The position numbers were made by a program, and so were the translations under genes. The notes beneath the pieces are model-generated. The model had not been told where the DNA came from. It searched no databases and saw only the letters and a list, made by a program, of their open reading frames with translations. From NCBI GenBank assembly GCA_039831155.1, contig JBDONT010000043.1:96001-160000 (forward strand): a DNA stretch of 64,000 nucleotides. Reading direction: 5' to 3'. This stretch comes from Nautiliaceae bacterium (lineage in GTDB: Bacteria > Campylobacterota > Campylobacteria > Campylobacterales > Nautiliaceae). Positions 28,306-38,871 of the stretch are shown one piece after another; within the stretch, counting starts at the first letter, position 1; each line of letters starts with the position of its first letter.

Positions 28306-30243
28306 TTAGTTAATAACCCCAATAATAGCTTCTACTACGCTTGGGTCTTCTAGAGTTGAAGTGTCTTGTGTGATTTCTTCTCCTTTTGCAATGCTTCTTA
28401 GGATTCTTCTCATAATTTTTCCGCTTCTTGTTTTCGGAAGTCCCGGTACAAACGCAAAATTATCAACTTTTGCAATAGCTCCTATCTCTTCTTTTATAAT
28501 GTCGTTTATCTCTTTCGTAATTTCAATCTCTTCTGCTATTGTGTCGTTTTTTAAGACGATATAAGCAAAGATACTCTCACCTTTAATATCATCCGGCTTT
28601 CCTACTACCGCTACTTCCGCTACGTGAGGATGTTTTTTTATAGCAGCTTCGATTTCAGCAGTCCCTAGTCTGTGTCCCGAAACGTTTATAACGTCATCCA
28701 CTCTTCCGGTAATCCAAATATATCCGTCTTCGTCGTATACCGCCCCGTCACCTGAGAAGTATACCGGTTTTCCGTTCTTTTTGGCAGTTGAGAAGTAGCT
28801 TTTTACAAATCTATCTGGGTCATTCCAGATTGTTCTAATCATACTAGGCCAAGGTCTTGTAATACATAAAAGACCTTTTTCACCTGTTTGCATTTTGTTA
28901 CCTTCTTCATCGATAATTTCTGCAAAAATCCCAGGTAGTGGGAATGTGGCACTTGCCGGTTTAATTGGAGTTGCAGCCGGAAGAGGACTTATCATATGAC
29001 CTCCGGTTTCCGTTTGCCACCAGGTATCCACAATAGAACATCTGCCGCCTCCCACAACATCATAATACCATTTCCAAGCCGGAGGGTCGATAGGCTCTCC
29101 AACAGTTCCAAGAATTCTAAGTGAGCTTAAATCATATTTTTTAGGTTCATCCGCTCCCATTTTGTTAAGAAGTCTAATGGCAGTTGGGGCCGTGTAGAAC
29201 TGATTAACTCTATAATCTTCTATCATTTTCCAAGCACGTCCGGCATCCGGATAAGTAAGTACTCCCTCAAACATAACTGTAGTAGCCCCGGCTGCAAGAG
29301 GACCGTAAACTATATAGGTATGACCTGTAATCCATCCGATATCTGCAGTACACCAGAACGTATCGTTATCTTTTATATCAAATACCCATTCCATTGTAAG
29401 TTGAGCCCATAGAATATATCCGGCTTGAGAGTGTTGTACTCCTTTTGGTTTTCCGGTACTTCCGGAAGTATAAAGTAAAAATAGAGGGTCCTCGCTATCC
29501 ATAATTTCCGCTTCGCATTTACTGCTTTGATTTTTTATAAGTTCGTTATAACTTACGTCTCTACCTTCAACCCATTGAATTTCTTCATTGTTTCTTTCAA
29601 CTACTATTACTTTTTCTACACATTCAACTCCTTCAATAGCTTTGTCAACTACCGGCTTTAGCATATAAGGTTTGCCTTTTCTGTATGCTCCGTCGGCTGT
29701 AATTACCACTTTTGCTTTAGCGTCAAGAATTCTGTCTTTTAAAGCTTCTGCACTAAACCCTCCGAATACCACACTGTGAATAGCTCCTATTCTAGCACAC
29801 GCAAGCATTGCAAACGCAGCTTCCGGAATCATAGGCATATAAATTACGACTCTATCGCCTTTTTTTACTCCTAGACTTTTTAATAGGTTTGCAAATTTAT
29901 TTACTTCTTTATATAATTCAAGATAAGTGATAACTCTTTTTTCTCCGTTGTCACCTTCCCAAATAATAGCGGCTTTGTTTTTTTTGGTATCTAAGTGTCT
30001 GTCGATACATTGATGGGCGACATTTAGTTTTCCACCTATAAACCATTTATAAAAAGGAGCATTACTTTCATCTAAAACTTTTGTAAAAGGTTTTTCCCAT
30101 TTTAGTTTGATTCTTGCGAGTTTTCCCCACGTTTTTTCGTAGTCTTTTTCAAACTCTTCTACCATTTCTTTGTATTCACACATATTTTTAAACGCCGGAT
30201 TTTTAAATAGTTCTTTTTTTGGATAATAAACTTCTTTTAGCAT
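28306..30243 (-). CDS. acs: Acetyl-CoA synthetase
   Basis: [44 protein letters not shown]. Confidence 0.97.
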   Translation of the reverse strand: MLKEVYYPKKELFKNPAFKNMCEYKEMVEEFEKDYEKTWGKLARIKLKWEKPFTKVLDESNAPFYKWFIGGKLNVAHQCIDRHLDTKKNKAAIIWEGDNGEKRVITYLELYKEVNKFANLLKSLGVKKGDRVVIYMPMIPEAAFAMLACARIGAIHSVVFGGFSAEALKDRILDAKAKVVITADGAYRKGKPYMLKPVVDKAIEGVECVEKVIVVERNNEEIQWVEGRDVSYNELIKNQSSKCEAEIMDSEDPLFLLYTSGSTGKPKGVQHSQAGYILWAQLTMEWVFDIKDNDTFWCTADIGWITGHTYIVYGPLAAGATTVMFEGVLTYPDAGRAWKMIEDYRVNQFYTAPTAIRLLNKMGADEPKKYDLSSLRILGTVGEPIDPPAWKWYYDVVGGGRCSIVDTWWQTETGGHMISPLPAATPIKPASATFPLPGIFAEIIDEEGNKMQTGEKGLLCITRPWPSMIRTIWNDPDRFVKSYFSTAKKNGKPVYFSGDGAVYDEDGYIWITGRVDDVINVSGHRLGTAEIEAAIKKHPHVAEVAVVGKPDDIKGESIFAYIVLKNDTIAEEIEITKEINDIIKEEIGAIAKVDNFAFVPGLPKTRSGKIMRRILRSIAKGEEITQDTSTLEDPSVVEAIIGVIN

Positions 30244-30370
30244 CTTATCTCCTTAAGGCTTTTTATTTTATAATAGTAAAAAATCGTGAAAATTTTACTA
30301 GAATTAAAAGATAAACAATTTGAAAAAAGTTTTATGTGTAAATTTGTAACAAAAGAGGAAGAAAAAGAGA

Positions 30371-30889
30371 TTATTTGTAGTTTTCTATAGCTTTTTTAAT
30401 AAGTTCAATCGCTTTTTCTCTTCCTTCATATCCTGTAACTTTAACCCATTTTCCGGGTTCAAGGTCTTTGTATGTTTCGAAGAAATGTTTGATTTGGTTT
30501 AGTTCAATTTCCGGTAAATCACTTAAATCGTTAATTTTTGCCATTTTAGGGTCAAGTTTTAGAGTAGGTACCGCTACTATTTTTTCATCTTTTCCACTCT
30601 CATCTTCCATAATTAATACACCTATAACTTTACTTTTAATTACAGTCCCAGGTACTACACTCTCACTTGATAGAACTAAAATATCAATAGGGTCTCCGTC
30701 ATCTGCAAGTGTGTTTGGTACAAATCCGTAGTTTGCCGGGTAAAATTGACTCCCGTAAAGAATTCTATCAAGGAAAACCGCTCCGCTTTCTTTGTCAAGT
30801 TCATATTTGATGTTGCTTCCTTGAGGAATTTCAATTACTGCGTTTACCGCTTCTTCAGGGTTTCCAGGTTTGATTTTTGTTATATCCAT
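30371..30889 (-). CDS. ppa: Family I inorganic pyrophosphatase
   Basis: KYELDK, YPANYG, DGDPID, HFFETYKDLE. Confidence 0.97.
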   Translation of the reverse strand: MDITKIKPGNPEEAVNAVIEIPQGSNIKYELDKESGAVFLDRILYGSQFYPANYGFVPNTLADDGDPIDILVLSSESVVPGTVIKSKVIGVLIMEDESGKDEKIVAVPTLKLDPKMAKINDLSDLPEIELNQIKHFFETYKDLEPGKWVKVTGYEGREKAIELIKKAIENYK

Positions 30890-30977
30890 TAAGTCTCCTT
30901 TTTTGTGGAATTATATAATAATTTATACAAAAATTTTACGTTTTATTAAAAATAAGTTAATTTTTTGAAAAAAATTC

Positions 30978-31006
30978 TTGTTTTCTTATGGAAGTGTTGT
31001 TATAAT
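30978..31006 (+). promoter_or_regulatory. Sigma70 extended -10 promoter of the hydrogenase operon
   Basis: TTGTTT-17nt-TATAAT with TG directly upstream (TGTTATAAT). Confidence 0.6.
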
Positions 31007-31013
31007 CGCCTTA

Positions 31014-31126
31014 AGGAAAAGGTATATTTTAATATTGAATTTTGAATTTACGTGAATTTACAATTCAGTATTATTTTTTTCAGTATTTTTAATATATCTT
31101 TTCCTATCAATAAAAAAAAGGAAAAG
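31014..31126 (+). promoter_or_regulatory. Structured 5' leader with alternative anti-SD pairing
   Basis: Long imperfect hairpin 31014-31105 containing G-U pairs; its 3' arm CTTTTCCT is also complementary to the RBS AGGAAAAG at 31119-31126. Confidence 0.55.
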
Positions 31127-31128
31127 TT

Positions 31129-32655
31129 ATGAAGTTATCTATAGATCCCGTAACACGTATTGAAGGACACTTGAAAGTCGAAGTTAAAATTAAAAACTCC
31201 AAAATAGTTTCGGCGAAGTGTTCGGCCGATATGTACAGGGGGCTTGAAAAAGCCTTAAAAGGTTACGATTATTTAACGGCTATACAAATAACGCAAAGAA
31301 CGTGCGGGTGCTGTCCTTACGCTCATGCGGAGGCGGCGGCTCTGGCAATTGAAGACGCACTTCAGATTGAGCTTAACAAAAACGCGAAACTTTTAAGAAA
31401 CATGGTAATAGGGGCGTATAAGCTTAAAGATTACCTTTTGCATTTTTATACGCTAAGTTCGCTTGATTTTATCGATTTGAAAAAAATACTTGATTATACG
31501 GGCGACGATTTTAAAATGAACGAACTGAAAAACTATATATTAAAAGAAATATCCTCGAAAAAGGTTTTTCCGTCTCCTCTTTTCATTCAAAGATACAAAA
31601 ACGTCTACACCCAAAACGAAAAATACAACATAACGATGATAAGGCACTATCTAGAAAGTTTCGAAATTATGAGAAAAGTTTCCGAAATGGTTAAAATTTT
31701 CGGTGCCAAAGCCCCTCATATGACAACCATAGAAGCCGGGGGAATTACGACAAGACCTACGGCTGACAGACTTGTTAAATATATAAATCTTGCCGAAGAT
31801 GTAAGGGAGTTTATTCATAAAAAATATTTCGAAGACGTTTTAAATACTGCAAAACAGTATAAGGAATATTTTAAAATAGGAAGAGGGGTAAATAATTTCC
31901 TTACATTCAACACATTGCTTAATCTTGACGGTAGTTATATGTTCGTTGCTGGATTCAGTAAGGATTTCAGGTTTGAAGAAGGCGTTGAGCCTTATGAGAT
32001 TGTGGAATACAACAATTACGCGTATTATAAAGAAAACGGCGGCTATAAACCTTTGGAGCTTGACGATTTGCATCCGGTAGATTTGAATGAATTTGAAAAC
32101 AGCGACAAATATTCGTGGTCAAGGGCTCCGAGATACAAAGGAAACGTGGTTGAAGTTGGACCGGCGGCGATTGTTATCAATACTTATTTAAGCGGAAAAA
32201 ACGAAAAACTAAACGCACTTGTGGATGAGGTCAATGAGAAGCTGGGCATAACGATCAAAGATTACAATACCGTTATGGGAAGACACCTTGCAAGAGCGAT
32301 AGTCAGCAGGCTTATAATAGACAAATTAATCGACGACGCTTTAAAAGTGGACGAGGGTGTTTTAGGGTTTACTCAGTTGAAACAGCCGCCTTCAAACGTA
32401 AAAGGAGTAGGGCTTACCGAAGCTACAAGGGGAGCGCTTGCCCATTTTATAGACATAGGCGATAACGGGTTTATAAGAAATTACGAAATGGTCGTACCTA
32501 CGACATGGAATATTTCCCCTAAAGACAACAGGGATATCCCGGGGGCGCTTGAGAGTATGCTTATAGGTACGCATATCAAAGATGAAAAAAATCCTATAGA
32601 AATCGCAAGAATAATAAGAAGCACCGACCCGTGTCTTGCGTGTGCGGTGCATTAA
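31129..32655 (+). CDS. [NiFe]-hydrogenase large subunit without a cleavable C-terminal extension
   Basis: IDPVTRIEGH, L1 QRTCGCCPYAH, EATRGALAH, VVPTTWN, L2 RSTDPCLACAVH followed directly by TAA. Confidence 0.96.
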   Translation: MKLSIDPVTRIEGHLKVEVKIKNSKIVSAKCSADMYRGLEKALKGYDYLTAIQITQRTCGCCPYAHAEAAALAIEDALQIELNKNAKLLRNMVIGAYKLKDYLLHFYTLSSLDFIDLKKILDYTGDDFKMNELKNYILKEISSKKVFPSPLFIQRYKNVYTQNEKYNITMIRHYLESFEIMRKVSEMVKIFGAKAPHMTTIEAGGITTRPTADRLVKYINLAEDVREFIHKKYFEDVLNTAKQYKEYFKIGRGVNNFLTFNTLLNLDGSYMFVAGFSKDFRFEEGVEPYEIVEYNNYAYYKENGGYKPLELDDLHPVDLNEFENSDKYSWSRAPRYKGNVVEVGPAAIVINTYLSGKNEKLNALVDEVNEKLGITIKDYNTVMGRHLARAIVSRLIIDKLIDDALKVDEGVLGFTQLKQPPSNVKGVGLTEATRGALAHFIDIGDNGFIRNYEMVVPTTWNISPKDNRDIPGALESMLIGTHIKDEKNPIEIARIIRSTDPCLACAVH

Positions 32656-32664
32656 GGAGCTGGA

Positions 32665-33594
32665 ATGGACAGAAGGGAATTTTTAAAAACGGCACAAGGT
32701 TTGCTGGCAACTGTTTTTGGCAGTTCTTTTATCAGTATCGAAGAGCTTGACGCTATGGAAACGTCCGAAAACAAACCGGATTTGATATGGATTCACGCTA
32801 TGAGCTGCGACGGGTGTTCGACAGCGTTTTTAAATGCGGAAGTGCCTTTGGTTGATATTTTAAGCAGGTTTGTGAATATTGTTTTTCATCCGACGATTAT
32901 GGCAAGCGACGGAAAACTGAGTATGGAAATACTTAAAAAATACGAAAACAGTGAAAACGAATTGATTTTGGTTGTCGAAGGTGCTATTCCTAGTAAAGAG
33001 ATGCCGCATGTGTGTATGATGGGGGAAGAATTTATAAGGGATACTATCATAAAAGTCGCAAGAAACGCATCGCTTGCGATTGCTGCCGGTACGTGTGCCA
33101 CATTCCTCGGGATATGTGATATGAAAGGCATGCATACGAATGCGGTATCGCTTCATAAATGTTTCGAAGAGGAGGGAATTGAAACGCCTCTTATCAATCT
33201 TCCGACCTGTCCTATGAAGCCGAACCATTTGTTATATACGGTTTTTTATTATATGAAGCACCAAAAACTTCCGCCTCTGGATTTGACGCACAGGCCGCTA
33301 AGGTTTTTCGGTAATACCGTTCATGAAAGATGTATTTACTACAACGATTATCAGGAAAAAATTTTTGCCAAAAAAATAGGAGACAGGGGTTGTCTGTTTA
33401 AACTCGGATGTCAGGGACCGGTTACCAAGTGTGACTGTATTAAAAGCAGTAATGATTACGATAAATACAACTGTATAAAAAGCGGGCATCCGTGTGTGGG
33501 GTGTGCGAGTGAAAACTTCCCTAGAAATATACTCTTTAAACGTTATGACGATGAGAGACCCCTTGTAAAATACAAAGATTTTAAAAGGATATAA
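32665..33594 (+). CDS. [NiFe]-hydrogenase small subunit with twin-arginine signal
   Basis: [50 protein letters not shown]; no C-terminal TM. Confidence 0.94.
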   Translation: MDRREFLKTAQGLLATVFGSSFISIEELDAMETSENKPDLIWIHAMSCDGCSTAFLNAEVPLVDILSRFVNIVFHPTIMASDGKLSMEILKKYENSENELILVVEGAIPSKEMPHVCMMGEEFIRDTIIKVARNASLAIAAGTCATFLGICDMKGMHTNAVSLHKCFEEEGIETPLINLPTCPMKPNHLLYTVFYYMKHQKLPPLDLTHRPLRFFGNTVHERCIYYNDYQEKIFAKKIGDRGCLFKLGCQGPVTKCDCIKSSNDYDKYNCIKSGHPCVGCASENFPRNILFKRYDDERPLVKYKDFKRI

Positions 33595-33596
33595 CT

Positions 33597-35366
33597 ATGA
33601 AAGATTTTATAAAATCCTCGCTTTTTTTTAAACTTATCGTTATTCCTATAGTTTTATTAGGTGCCACGATAGCCGGGATTATGATTTATCTGCAGGCGTA
33701 CGGTAATAAAATTGTAGAAAAAAGTGCTCAAGAATATACTAAAAAAATCTTAAAATCATACATTACGTTTTCGAAAAGTTCTATTGAAAAAGGACAGAGA
33801 TTTTCATTTCAGGAAGTTGTGGACGGAATGAAAACCCTTGAAGGTGTAAAAAACGTTTACAGTTTCAGTGCGGACGGGTTTATGATGTATAAAGACGGAG
33901 AAAAAAGCGTGGGGCTTCCTTTTGTAAGAAAAAACGGAAAATTTTACAATCCGAATATCAAATATTACGATAAAAGCAACGGTCTTTGGATGAGGGACGA
34001 CTGGTTTTATAAATATATTAAAGATTCCATTATAACGGAATGTATGTATAAAAAGCTGCATCCGGGAGATAGGAATTGTGCCAGATGTCATTATATGATT
34101 CCTCAGAATTTAAAATTTAATAATAGAGAGGCTTTTGTAGTAAATAAAAACGAAGTGACGGCTTATTATAAATTACCGGTTGATAATAGTTGTATTAAAT
34201 GTCATACTCATTGGAATATAAACGGAATCGGAGGATATTTAGGTGTAAAAATAGACTTGAGCGGAGAAAAAGCTAAAATAGAGTCTATAATAAATAAACT
34301 CAAATATGCTTTGATGTTTTTATCTGTTATAGGATTGGCTATATTTGTATATTATATTTTTGTTGTGGGTAGGTTAAGAGGTAATTTAATCAAACTTAAA
34401 GATATTACGGCGGATTTAGCCGAAGGCGAAGGGGATTTGACTAAAAGAGTAAATATAAATTCTAAAGACGAAGCGGCTGATATCGCTAATAATTTAAATA
34501 AATTTATAGAAAAAATTCAAGATATTGTAGAACAACTTAAAGCTTCCATACGTTCTTCTTCAAGTACGGCTAATGAAGTTTCCAATGTCGTTCATATTAT
34601 AGAAGATACGTTGAAAACTCAAAAAAAACTTATTGCAAAAAATAGAGAATGTACCGATTTTATAAATCAGGATTTGGCATCTGCGGAAGCAAGTGTTATT
34701 TCTACTGCCGATGATATTACCGAAACACAAAAAGTATTGGATGAAACGGTAGAGACTCTTTTAAAAGTTATTGAAGAAATCAAAAATGAAGCGGAAGCGG
34801 AGTCGGAATTATCGGATAAAGCTACCAATCTTTCTCAAAAAAGTACTCAAATAAAAGAAATATTAAAAATTATTAAAGAAATTGCCGATCAAACTAATTT
34901 GCTTGCTTTAAACGCTGCAATAGAAGCGGCAAGAGCAGGGGAACACGGAAGAGGTTTTGCAGTTGTTGCGGACGAAGTTAGAAAACTTGCCGAAAAAACT
35001 CAACAAAGTTTGAATGAAATAGATAGTGTGGTTAGTTTGATATTGCAAGATATTCAAGAAATTGAAACCAGTATTCAAAAAAATTCTCAAAAAGCTTTAT
35101 CAATTTCCGATATTACAAAGAAACTTGCTTCTAAAACTGATGAGACTAAAAAATCTTTAGACGAAACTATAAAAAGAGCTTATATAGCTACTAAAGAAAC
35201 TACTAAAATAAATGTAAAAGTTAGAGAACTTACCGAAAATGCCGATCAATTAACAAAACAGGCGAATGAAAGTGAAGAAGTGGGGAATAAGCTTAAAATG
35301 GTATTTAGCAATTTAAATAAATTGATTAGTTCTTTAAAAAATGAGACGGATAAGTTTAAAACTTAG
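33597..35366 (+). CDS. Methyl-accepting chemotaxis protein with di-heme c periplasmic sensor domain
   Basis: Two TMs flank CARCH (34077-34091) and CIKCH (34191-34205); HAMP GDLTKR..DE; signalling hairpin [38 protein letters not shown]. Confidence 0.93.
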   Translation: MKDFIKSSLFFKLIVIPIVLLGATIAGIMIYLQAYGNKIVEKSAQEYTKKILKSYITFSKSSIEKGQRFSFQEVVDGMKTLEGVKNVYSFSADGFMMYKDGEKSVGLPFVRKNGKFYNPNIKYYDKSNGLWMRDDWFYKYIKDSIITECMYKKLHPGDRNCARCHYMIPQNLKFNNREAFVVNKNEVTAYYKLPVDNSCIKCHTHWNINGIGGYLGVKIDLSGEKAKIESIINKLKYALMFLSVIGLAIFVYYIFVVGRLRGNLIKLKDITADLAEGEGDLTKRVNINSKDEAADIANNLNKFIEKIQDIVEQLKASIRSSSSTANEVSNVVHIIEDTLKTQKKLIAKNRECTDFINQDLASAEASVISTADDITETQKVLDETVETLLKVIEEIKNEAEAESELSDKATNLSQKSTQIKEILKIIKEIADQTNLLALNAAIEAARAGEHGRGFAVVADEVRKLAEKTQQSLNEIDSVVSLILQDIQEIETSIQKNSQKALSISDITKKLASKTDETKKSLDETIKRAYIATKETTKINVKVRELTENADQLTKQANESEEVGNKLKMVFSNLNKLISSLKNETDKFKT

Positions 35367-36163
35367 TCCTTTTCATTTTTTTTATTAAATCTAATTAAAT
35401 ACATTCCGCTAATATAAATTATCCAGTTTATATAAATCCAAAGGAACAGAAACATTAAAATAGAAATTGATCCGTATAGGCTTTCATAAGTTTTGTTGAT
35501 TAAAGTGTATTTGATAAATACGTTTTTTGAAATAAAAAATATTAGAGTTATAAAAAAAGAAACTGTAATTATAGGAGAGGTTTCTTCTTCCAGGAGAGTT
35601 ATTTTGTAAAATAAAAAAAATATCAGCCATATCATTAAAAAAGGAGCAAAAGTTGCAAGATGTATCCAAGAAGTATAATTCCAGTGATTTAAAATAATTT
35701 GAAATTTAACGGATAAATATGTCGCACTTGCAAAGAGAATGGGAAAAAGAGTGAGTATGGTCCAATATAATTTTATTTTTTCCCATAGGTTTCTTTTTTT
35801 TTGATTAAAAATTTTTGAAACGATGGTTTCATAGTTATCAAAAAACAAAATAGATGTTATTAAAATATAAAATCCTCCTAAGAATCCTGTTTTATCGGAA
35901 TTATTCAAAAAGTTTTTTAAATATTCGGATATTATTTGAGCGTTACTAGGAAGTAGATTGGAACTGATGAAATGTTCCGTTTTTATATAAAATTCCGTAA
36001 AAAAAGGTGTATTGGCGAATATAGTTAAAATGATTAATAATAAAGGAACAATAGAAAAGATTGTGTAAAAGCTAAGTGCCGCTGCATATAAAGTTATATT
36101 ATTTATAGTATCTTTAACTTTAAGAAAGTCTATGTTTTTTATAAATTTTTTAATTCTATTCAC
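35363..36163 (-). CDS. YihY/BrkB family membrane protein
   Basis: [14 protein letters not shown] and YESLYGS...LWIY motifs. Confidence 0.88.
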   Translation of the reverse strand: MNRIKKFIKNIDFLKVKDTINNITLYAAALSFYTIFSIVPLLLIILTIFANTPFFTEFYIKTEHFISSNLLPSNAQIISEYLKNFLNNSDKTGFLGGFYILITSILFFDNYETIVSKIFNQKKRNLWEKIKLYWTILTLFPILFASATYLSVKFQIILNHWNYTSWIHLATFAPFLMIWLIFFLFYKITLLEEETSPIITVSFFITLIFFISKNVFIKYTLINKTYESLYGSISILMFLFLWIYINWIIYISGMYLIRFNKKNEKD

Positions 36164-38087
36164 TCTCTAACATCTCCTTTTTCTCTTCAAGCTCAAGATA
36201 TCTTTCTACTTTTTCTTCGTATATTTTTTTTATCTCTTCAAGCTCTTCGCTTAACGTTACAAGTCCTTTTTCCTGGTAACAATTAGGATTTGCAAGACAC
36301 TCTTCGATTTCTAAGATTGTATTTTCAAGTTCTTCAATCAGTTTTGGCAACTCTTCAAGTTCTCTTTGTTCTTTGTAGCTTAATTTTTTCTGTTTTTTCT
36401 TCGGTTTTTCTTTTTTTGTTTCCACTTTTGTAACTTCTTTTTCAAGAAGTTTTAGCTCTTTTTCTATTTCAAGATATTCAGTATAAGGAATATGGCTCTC
36501 TTCTATAATTCCGTCACCTTTAAAAATAAAGAGTTTTTTTGCGACTTTATCTACAAAATATCTATCGTGACTTACAAAAATTACGCTTCCCTCAAAATCA
36601 ATTAAATACTCTTCTAAGATATTAATAGTAGGGATATCAAGGTCGTTTGTAGGTTCGTCTAAGATTAATACGTCAAAATCTTTTGTAAATAAAAGTGCAA
36701 GGGCTACTCTTGTTTTTTCTCCTCCACTTAAAACACCTATTTTTTTGGTTAAATATTCAGGTGGGAAAAGAAACTCTCTTAAATATCCGTATACGTGCAT
36801 ATTTCTGCCTCTTACGTTTACGTGGTCACCACCTTGAGGACAAAATGTTTCAATTAAGTCTTTATCATCACTAAGCATAGATTTTCTCTGGTCAAGATAT
36901 CCTATTTTTATATTTTCTCCTACTTTGATAATTCCACCGTCTGCTTTTTCTTCTCCTATTAAAAGTTTAAGAAGGGTAGATTTTCCGGCTCCGTTTTTTC
37001 CGACTATTGCGATTTTGTCTTTTTGTAAGATTCTTGTGGTAAAGTCTTTTATTAAAAGTTTGTTTCCAATTGATTTAGAGATATTTTCGATTTCAAACAT
37101 TACCTTTTTTTTATTGATTTTCTCTTCTTCTTTTGCGAGAAGTTCGCGTTTTAACTGCATTTCTATTTTTCTAATTTCGCTTCTGTCTTGTTTTACTTTT
37201 TCTCTAAGCTCAAGCACTCTTTTTTTTCTACCTTCATTTCTTTTTAGTCTTGCTTTAACTCCACGCCTTAGCCACTCTTCTTCTCTTTTTAAAAGCCTAA
37301 GTTCGTTTTCGTATTCTTTTTCTTTAGCTTTTAGAAGTTCTTCTTTTTGACGGATATAATCGGCATATCCTCCTTTAAAACTTCTTAATTTGCAGTTTTC
37401 AAGTTCAATAACTCTTGTTGCAATTCTATCTATAAAGTATCTATCGTGGCTTACTACTAAAAACGTAAACTTCTCTTTTAAAAGTATTTCTTCTAAAAAT
37501 TCAGTCATATACACATCAAGATGGTTTGTAGGCTCATCAAGAAGCAAAACGTCTGGTTTTTGCAAGAGTAAACTTGCAAGTGCCACTCTTCTTTGTTCTC
37601 CACCACTAAGAAGAGATATATCTTTGTTTTCGTATTTTTTTAAATCAAACTCTTGTAAAACCCTCTCAATTCTGTCATCAAGGTTCCACGCGTTATGAAA
37701 ATCGAGAAATTTTGTAATTTTGTCTATTTCGTTTTGTAAAGTTTTATTATTCGGATTTTGACTAAACTCTTGAGTTAATTTAAGATACTTTTCATAAGAT
37801 TCTTTAAATTCTGTAAGTTCATTTTCAATAGCTTCTCTTACGCTTATCCCTTCTTTAAATTTCGGTTGTTGTAAGAGTCGTTTTATTTTTATTCCGTTTT
37901 TTGTAATGACTTCACCTTTATCGGGTTCTATTGTTTTATCTATTATTTTCATTAAAGTAGATTTTCCACTTCCGTTTTTCCCAATAAGAGCGACCCTTTC
38001 TCCTTCGTCTAAGTGAAATTCCACATCGCAAAGTATTTTTTGAGCTTCAAAGTTTTTGCTTACGTCTATTAAGTCGATTAATGCCAT
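36156..38087 (-). CDS. ABC-F family ATPase (Uup-like)
   Basis: Two ABC cassettes (GKNGSGKS and GKNGAGKS, LSGGE, DEPTN), WLRRGVKAR linker, KLSYKEQRELE C-terminal domain. Confidence 0.92.
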   Translation of the reverse strand: MALIDLIDVSKNFEAQKILCDVEFHLDEGERVALIGKNGSGKSTLMKIIDKTIEPDKGEVITKNGIKIKRLLQQPKFKEGISVREAIENELTEFKESYEKYLKLTQEFSQNPNNKTLQNEIDKITKFLDFHNAWNLDDRIERVLQEFDLKKYENKDISLLSGGEQRRVALASLLLQKPDVLLLDEPTNHLDVYMTEFLEEILLKEKFTFLVVSHDRYFIDRIATRVIELENCKLRSFKGGYADYIRQKEELLKAKEKEYENELRLLKREEEWLRRGVKARLKRNEGRKKRVLELREKVKQDRSEIRKIEMQLKRELLAKEEEKINKKKVMFEIENISKSIGNKLLIKDFTTRILQKDKIAIVGKNGAGKSTLLKLLIGEEKADGGIIKVGENIKIGYLDQRKSMLSDDKDLIETFCPQGGDHVNVRGRNMHVYGYLREFLFPPEYLTKKIGVLSGGEKTRVALALLFTKDFDVLILDEPTNDLDIPTINILEEYLIDFEGSVIFVSHDRYFVDKVAKKLFIFKGDGIIEESHIPYTEYLEIEKELKLLEKEVTKVETKKEKPKKKQKKLSYKEQRELEELPKLIEELENTILEIEECLANPNCYQEKGLVTLSEELEEIKKIYEEKVERYLELEEKKEMLESE

Positions 38088-38845
38088 TTATATCCTTTAA
38101 AATAGTTTTTTGTATAAGTTATATCGGTGTTTATTTGAGATTTTAGTTCTTTTAGGTCTTTGAATTTCTTATTCTCCCTTAAAAAGTCTAAAAACTCTAT
38201 TTTTATTAATTCGTCTTCTTCAAAAGAGTCTAAAATATGAGTTTCTATTGAAAAGTTGTTATCGGTTGAACGTTTGCCGATGAAAGTTAATGAAGGGTGG
38301 GAATTTGTTTTGGTTATATAAACTCCTGCTTTGGGTAAGGAGTAGTTTTTTAAAAGGTCTATATTTATAGTGGGTACTAATTCTTTGCTGCCAAGACCTT
38401 GACCTTTTATTTTTAAGCCTTTTATTTTGTAGGTATGTCCTAAGAATTTTGTCGCTTTTTTTATGTTTCCTTCTTTTATAAACTCTCTTATAACTCTTGA
38501 GTGAACTCCTATATTATCAATTTTTATCTCTTTTATAACATTAACCTTAAAGTATTTTTTTAAAAGGTTTATATCTCCTTTTCTCTCTTTTCCGAATTTA
38601 AAATCTTCTCCTATAACGATTTGTGTAGTGTTTAGTTTTTTTAATATATTAATAAATTCGTTAGCATTTAGGTGTTTAATCTCTTTTAGATTAAAAAACT
38701 TACAAGGTAAAGTCGTGTATTCGCATCTGTCAAGCCCCGGTGTTAAATTTGAGTTTTTTTCTATAACGATTATAAATTCGGCTCTTTTTATAAGCTCCTG
38801 ATGAGCTATATGCATTCCGTCAAATCCACCTATGGTAATTATCAT
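38078..38845 (-). CDS. ribF: Bifunctional riboflavin kinase / FAD synthetase
   Basis: IGGFDGMHIAHQ, GEDFKFG, GQGLG..VPTIN, IETHIL, FLREN.KF. Confidence 0.93.
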   Translation of the reverse strand: MIITIGGFDGMHIAHQELIKRAEFIIVIEKNSNLTPGLDRCEYTTLPCKFFNLKEIKHLNANEFINILKKLNTTQIVIGEDFKFGKERKGDINLLKKYFKVNVIKEIKIDNIGVHSRVIREFIKEGNIKKATKFLGHTYKIKGLKIKGQGLGSKELVPTINIDLLKNYSLPKAGVYITKTNSHPSLTFIGKRSTDNNFSIETHILDSFEEDELIKIEFLDFLRENKKFKDLKELKSQINTDITYTKNYFKGYKWH

Positions 38846-38871
38846 ATTCTAAATTCTTTTTTTATCGAATT

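Noticed and set aside
32620-32655. Possible NiFeSe hydrogenase
   Set aside because: L2 codons are TGT/TGT and the stop is TAA; there is no in-frame TGA.
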